From Azolla caroliniana (Eukaryota; Plantae; Polypodiophyta): a stretch of DNA of 64,000 nucleotides. The notes under the pieces were generated by a model, which was not told the origin of the DNA, did no database searches, and was given only the letters and a program-made list of their open reading frames with translations. Below are positions 60,570 to 64,000 of the stretch, piece by piece (positions within the stretch are counted from its first letter, which is position 1; each line of letters opens with the position of its first letter). Location of the stretch: the NCBI GenBank assembly GCA_043228905.1, contig JBHGNT010000014.1, positions 8,432,001 to 8,496,000 of the forward strand, read 5' to 3'. The position numbers and the translations under genes are program-made.

Positions 60570-63500
60570 GCCGCCTGTCAGCAAACCTTTGAGTCCACCA
60601 AGCCTCTCGCAGCATCGCATGAAACCCGTTCTTGGCTACAACAATGAGGGTTGGGCGAGTACTTACCGGTCATCGATGCCCCAACGCACCTTGACGCCCC
60701 AGCAATAGCATGCAGAATCCACCCTGACACAGTAACCAACAACATGATTCGCGCTGCTCTGGACCTTGCACGAGGCGGAGACCATGAGGTCGAAATCCCT
60801 CCCCACTCGACCCTCAAGGAATATTTCGGGATGTATTCGATGTTGGGAAAAGCTTACCGCAATTACGGAGGACCAAACAAGGCTTTTGGGGAGATCGCCC
60901 GGATTTTGATGGAATACGCCTTTGTGCATACAAATCCCACGAGTATGCCACAAAACAAAGCTGCCATCATCATCAGAGCATACAAATGCGACAAAATCGA
61001 TTGGGGAATCATCACCTGCGAAGGAGTCCGTGCGGCGCTCGAATCTTTTCAAACCGGTAAGCAATTGTTGCCTATGATTAATCATTTCCTCACGGTCCTC
61101 TACCCACCTCCTTCGCTTTCCCCTCGTCGCATCCTTACCACCCCACCACCACCATGGAAACAATGGGAGAAGATTTTGGCATTAACCTAGGAAGAATGGG
61201 AAGACCCCTCGCCTTCTCCAACTCCCTCGGCCGTTAGGAACCTTACTTCCGCCTTGGCACCTCCCCCACCAAAAACACAGAAGCAATGGGCGTTAACAAC
61301 GACTCGTGTCGAATGGGACGAGGCCAAAGAGCCCAACACTGAGGATGTCATGATACGACAGAAGACAGCAAGGACATCGATGCCCTCTCCACAACCGAGC
61401 CCACAACCCACAAACCAGCAGCCCTCGGGCATACTGCAACGAAAGAGGAAACAAGTCGAGGAGCCAACACCACTGGCCCCAGACTCACAGGATCAGCCGA
61501 AAACAAGACAACGCGTCAATCGCGAGTCGACCACAGAAACCGAGGGCACCCAGCATCAGAAAGCAAAGGAGGCCAGCCCGACCTCCACGGCCATGGTACC
61601 AGTGGAGTCATGGCTCCAAGTCGGTAGGATCGAGCATGGACAAACCACGCAGATATCAGAGGAGGAAGTCCTCGGTTACAAAGATCTCCCCGCGGAGGCA
61701 TACGATTTCAATGCACTACTTCGATTAGGCACAACATATGAGTTAATGGATTTCCTCGCGTGCGCCCAAGTAGCTGTCGCCGCTCGTATGGTTGAGGAGC
61801 ATGCGGAAACAAAGATGATCCAACGCGCTCTAATGGGAGAAATCGAACCTCACGAGGATCGAGCCTTACAGAAGATAGGGCGGAAAAAGCAAGCACAAAA
61901 TGCTTCTCTCCTTATGAAGCTACCAGATCTGAACACGGCCTTAGTCGAGGCATATCGAAATCTGCACCACACAACTCGGGCAGCCAAGGACATGGCCCGA
62001 CATATCAAAACGGCACATCAGCAAGCCAAACAGGCTATCGAGCTATGGCAAGCCGCCGAGGAGAAACTGGCATCACTAGAGTAGCAACATCAAGAACAGC
62101 CTCCCTGCGTTGAGTAACGATGTCTCACCAGCCCCTCTTCCAAACCCGAGCCTGAGTGCTACTGTTACCGAAGCACACAACGACGACACAGCTCACCCCA
62201 GGGTAGCCACGATCGATGCAAGCACAATGACGGATTCGGTACAGATAAGTGAGCCATCGTCACGGGCAGATATAAGCACGCACCCCCAAACCAGCCACGC
62301 TTCCACGCAAACGCCACCACCACCTGTCGTCATGGAAAGATCAACACTGACGGACAGGGAACCCACTCCCTGGATCCAACAAGTTGCAACCCCGACAAGA
62401 CCTCCCCTCTGTGACTAGCAAGAGGAGCTTAAGGCCCAGATCACTCTGGCCGAGTTAGGAGAACAAAACCACAACAACATTATTGGCCAACTACGGGAAC
62501 AAGCCGCGGGCCGTGAAGCTAACCTCAAGCGACTGCTTGCTGAAAGCTCGGCCGCACTCAAAGAACAAGAAAGAGAGGTGATGACCATTCAAGTCTCTAT
62601 CACTGAGGCCAAAGAACAATTCATCGAAGAAGTAGAGAGGAATAGCCAACAGGAACATGAGCTATTCGCAGACAACCAGGAATTACGCCATCAACAAAGG
62701 GCATTACAAGAATTGGCAAACGAACACATGCAAAAGTGGAGGATCTCTAAAGAGCAAAGGGCGAAAATTTCCGATGTGTATCACCGGTTGCAAACAAAGC
62801 ACATCGCCGGCAGAGAACGACATCCGGACGCTTGGAGACAAGACATGGACGAAACTATAGCTCAACTCACCAAACGTTACAAGCAGACAATCACGCTCAT
62901 AACCGAAAAAGCAAAAGATAACCAAGCTACTCTAGCGCTCCTCGTCCGCAAATGCCAAGAAGACGCCAAGGCTGCAAGGGAGGAAGTGGAAGTTCACCGA
63001 GCTAGCATCGGCATGGACGATACAAAAATAAAGATTCTGATCAACAAGTATCACCAGCAATTCACCAAGAAGATTGAGGATACGCTCGACCATGTCTGGC
63101 AAGAGTGGTCAACCCAAGCCACTGAACTACACATACTACGTGCGGACGCCGAGAACCGAAGGAAGGAGGGCCGAGGGTTTTACAAGATGGATGACACCAG
63201 CATCCAGACCCTCCATGAAGACTTGACTGAGGAGTATCATACCTTAGCAGCAACCCACACCGCGGTCATCGAGCAACTTCTTGAGGGCTTAAACGACGAT
63301 CAAATGATGTTCCGTTTAGAAGCCGAAGCTTACGAGGAGGAACGCGTAGCTACCGGGACTAACAAAACTCCCACAACCGACGAACACGAACCCAAGCCAA
63401 CCACCACGGAAGCCAGATAGGAGGAACCTGCACCTACAGATCTCCACATCCCAAATGAGCCACAAACTACAACCACGACCCTGCTTGATTCGGAACCAAC

Positions 63501-63633
63501 AGAGGTCGGCGCACGCGACGACACAGCCATCCCCGACTCGGTACCAAAACCTCCATCACCAACCCCACCTTCCGAGCAGCCAGACCAACCCCACGCCCTT
63601 GAGGATATCCTCGGCATATTAGAAGAGGATTAA
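60570..63633 (+). pseudogene. Extra ORF of L (about 1000 aa: globular N-domain, low-complexity linker, long coiled coil); start uncertain
   Basis: ORFs 60651-61190 and 61254-62084 share one frame, and 62110-62418 and 62578-63420 share another. They are separated by single TAG/TGA stops and one frameshift. Confidence 0.75.
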
Positions 63634-64000
63634 AACAAACCCATAAGCCCTTGTATAAACGGGCAACTTTTGTAAACTATTTTGTTTTTGCAAAATCTGT
63701 GGTTATCCCTCCAAATTGTGAACTGTGGGTCCGACGGACAAAGTCCTGTCCCACGGGCATGCCATGTGTTGTCCATAGGCTAGAAATATAAATACATAAT
63801 ATGTAAACTCGCCGGTAGGTAGAAAAGTAGGTGAGGAAATACGTAGAACTAGAAATAGTCAAGTTTTAGCCCTCACAATCAGCCGATGGCTCGGCTCTGT
63901 CTAAGGAAGAAAACTATATAAACCGAGATCTGCATACCTCAGGAGGGGGAGAATATCTAGATTATTTTTAGCAAGATTAATATCATAGCACTAAGCTCTG

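Larger units (their letters stand above)
57446..64000 (+). mobile_element. Ty3/gypsy element L (Athila/Tat-like), internally deleted, with an extra 3' ORF; 3' LTR runs off the window
   Basis: 57446-57655 repeats at 63767-63977. gag with two knuckles, RH (FHVFVDA, EKNYSTT), INT (KWGLDF, DYCTKWVEA, YPQANG, RWTGP). Confidence 0.92.

Overview
This is a eukaryotic, almost wall-to-wall nest of decayed retrotransposons. A plant source is supported by tRNA-iMet and tRNA-Trp primer sites and by the element families; a moss or other non-seed plant is an inference. I found no cellular gene, rRNA, true tRNA gene or CRISPR array. From left to right: a minus-strand Ty1/copia (B, ~770-11084) holds a complete chromodomain Ty3/gypsy (A, 1026-6707, TSD AGGAC). 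B sits in the 5' LTR of a tRNA-Trp-primed gypsy (C, 11085-18427, carrying a copia solo LTR), and C abuts the 3' end of a near full-length two-ORF LINE (D). Next come a copia 3' fragment (E), a second-family copia (F) holding a complete copia (M, 25952-31995, TSD GGAAA), and an AT-rich copia (H) holding a 1.85-kb non-coding LTR element (34703-36554, TSD TTCTT). Then follow a copia (I) interrupted by a second tRNA-Trp gypsy (G) and a copia (J), copia K with a shared LTR, a palindromic tandem array, and an Athila/Tat-like gypsy (L) with a long extra ORF. All polyproteins carry stops or frameshifts. The most interesting signals are cis-acting. (1) An antisense tRNA-like A-box/B-box cassette lies in the LTRs of three different gypsy families. 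(2) A 43-nt covarying hairpin replaces the polypurine tract in two elements with dissimilar LTRs. (3) Element A has a Tf1-type self-priming signature. (4) There are -1 frameshift signals, one of them placed after the protease. (5) A covarying hairpin surrounds the TATA-like box of one copia family. (6) Another copia family has a post-RNase H tail with a conserved WSDVVKGLK motif. Coordinates were read by eye and may be off by a few bases at truncated junctions.
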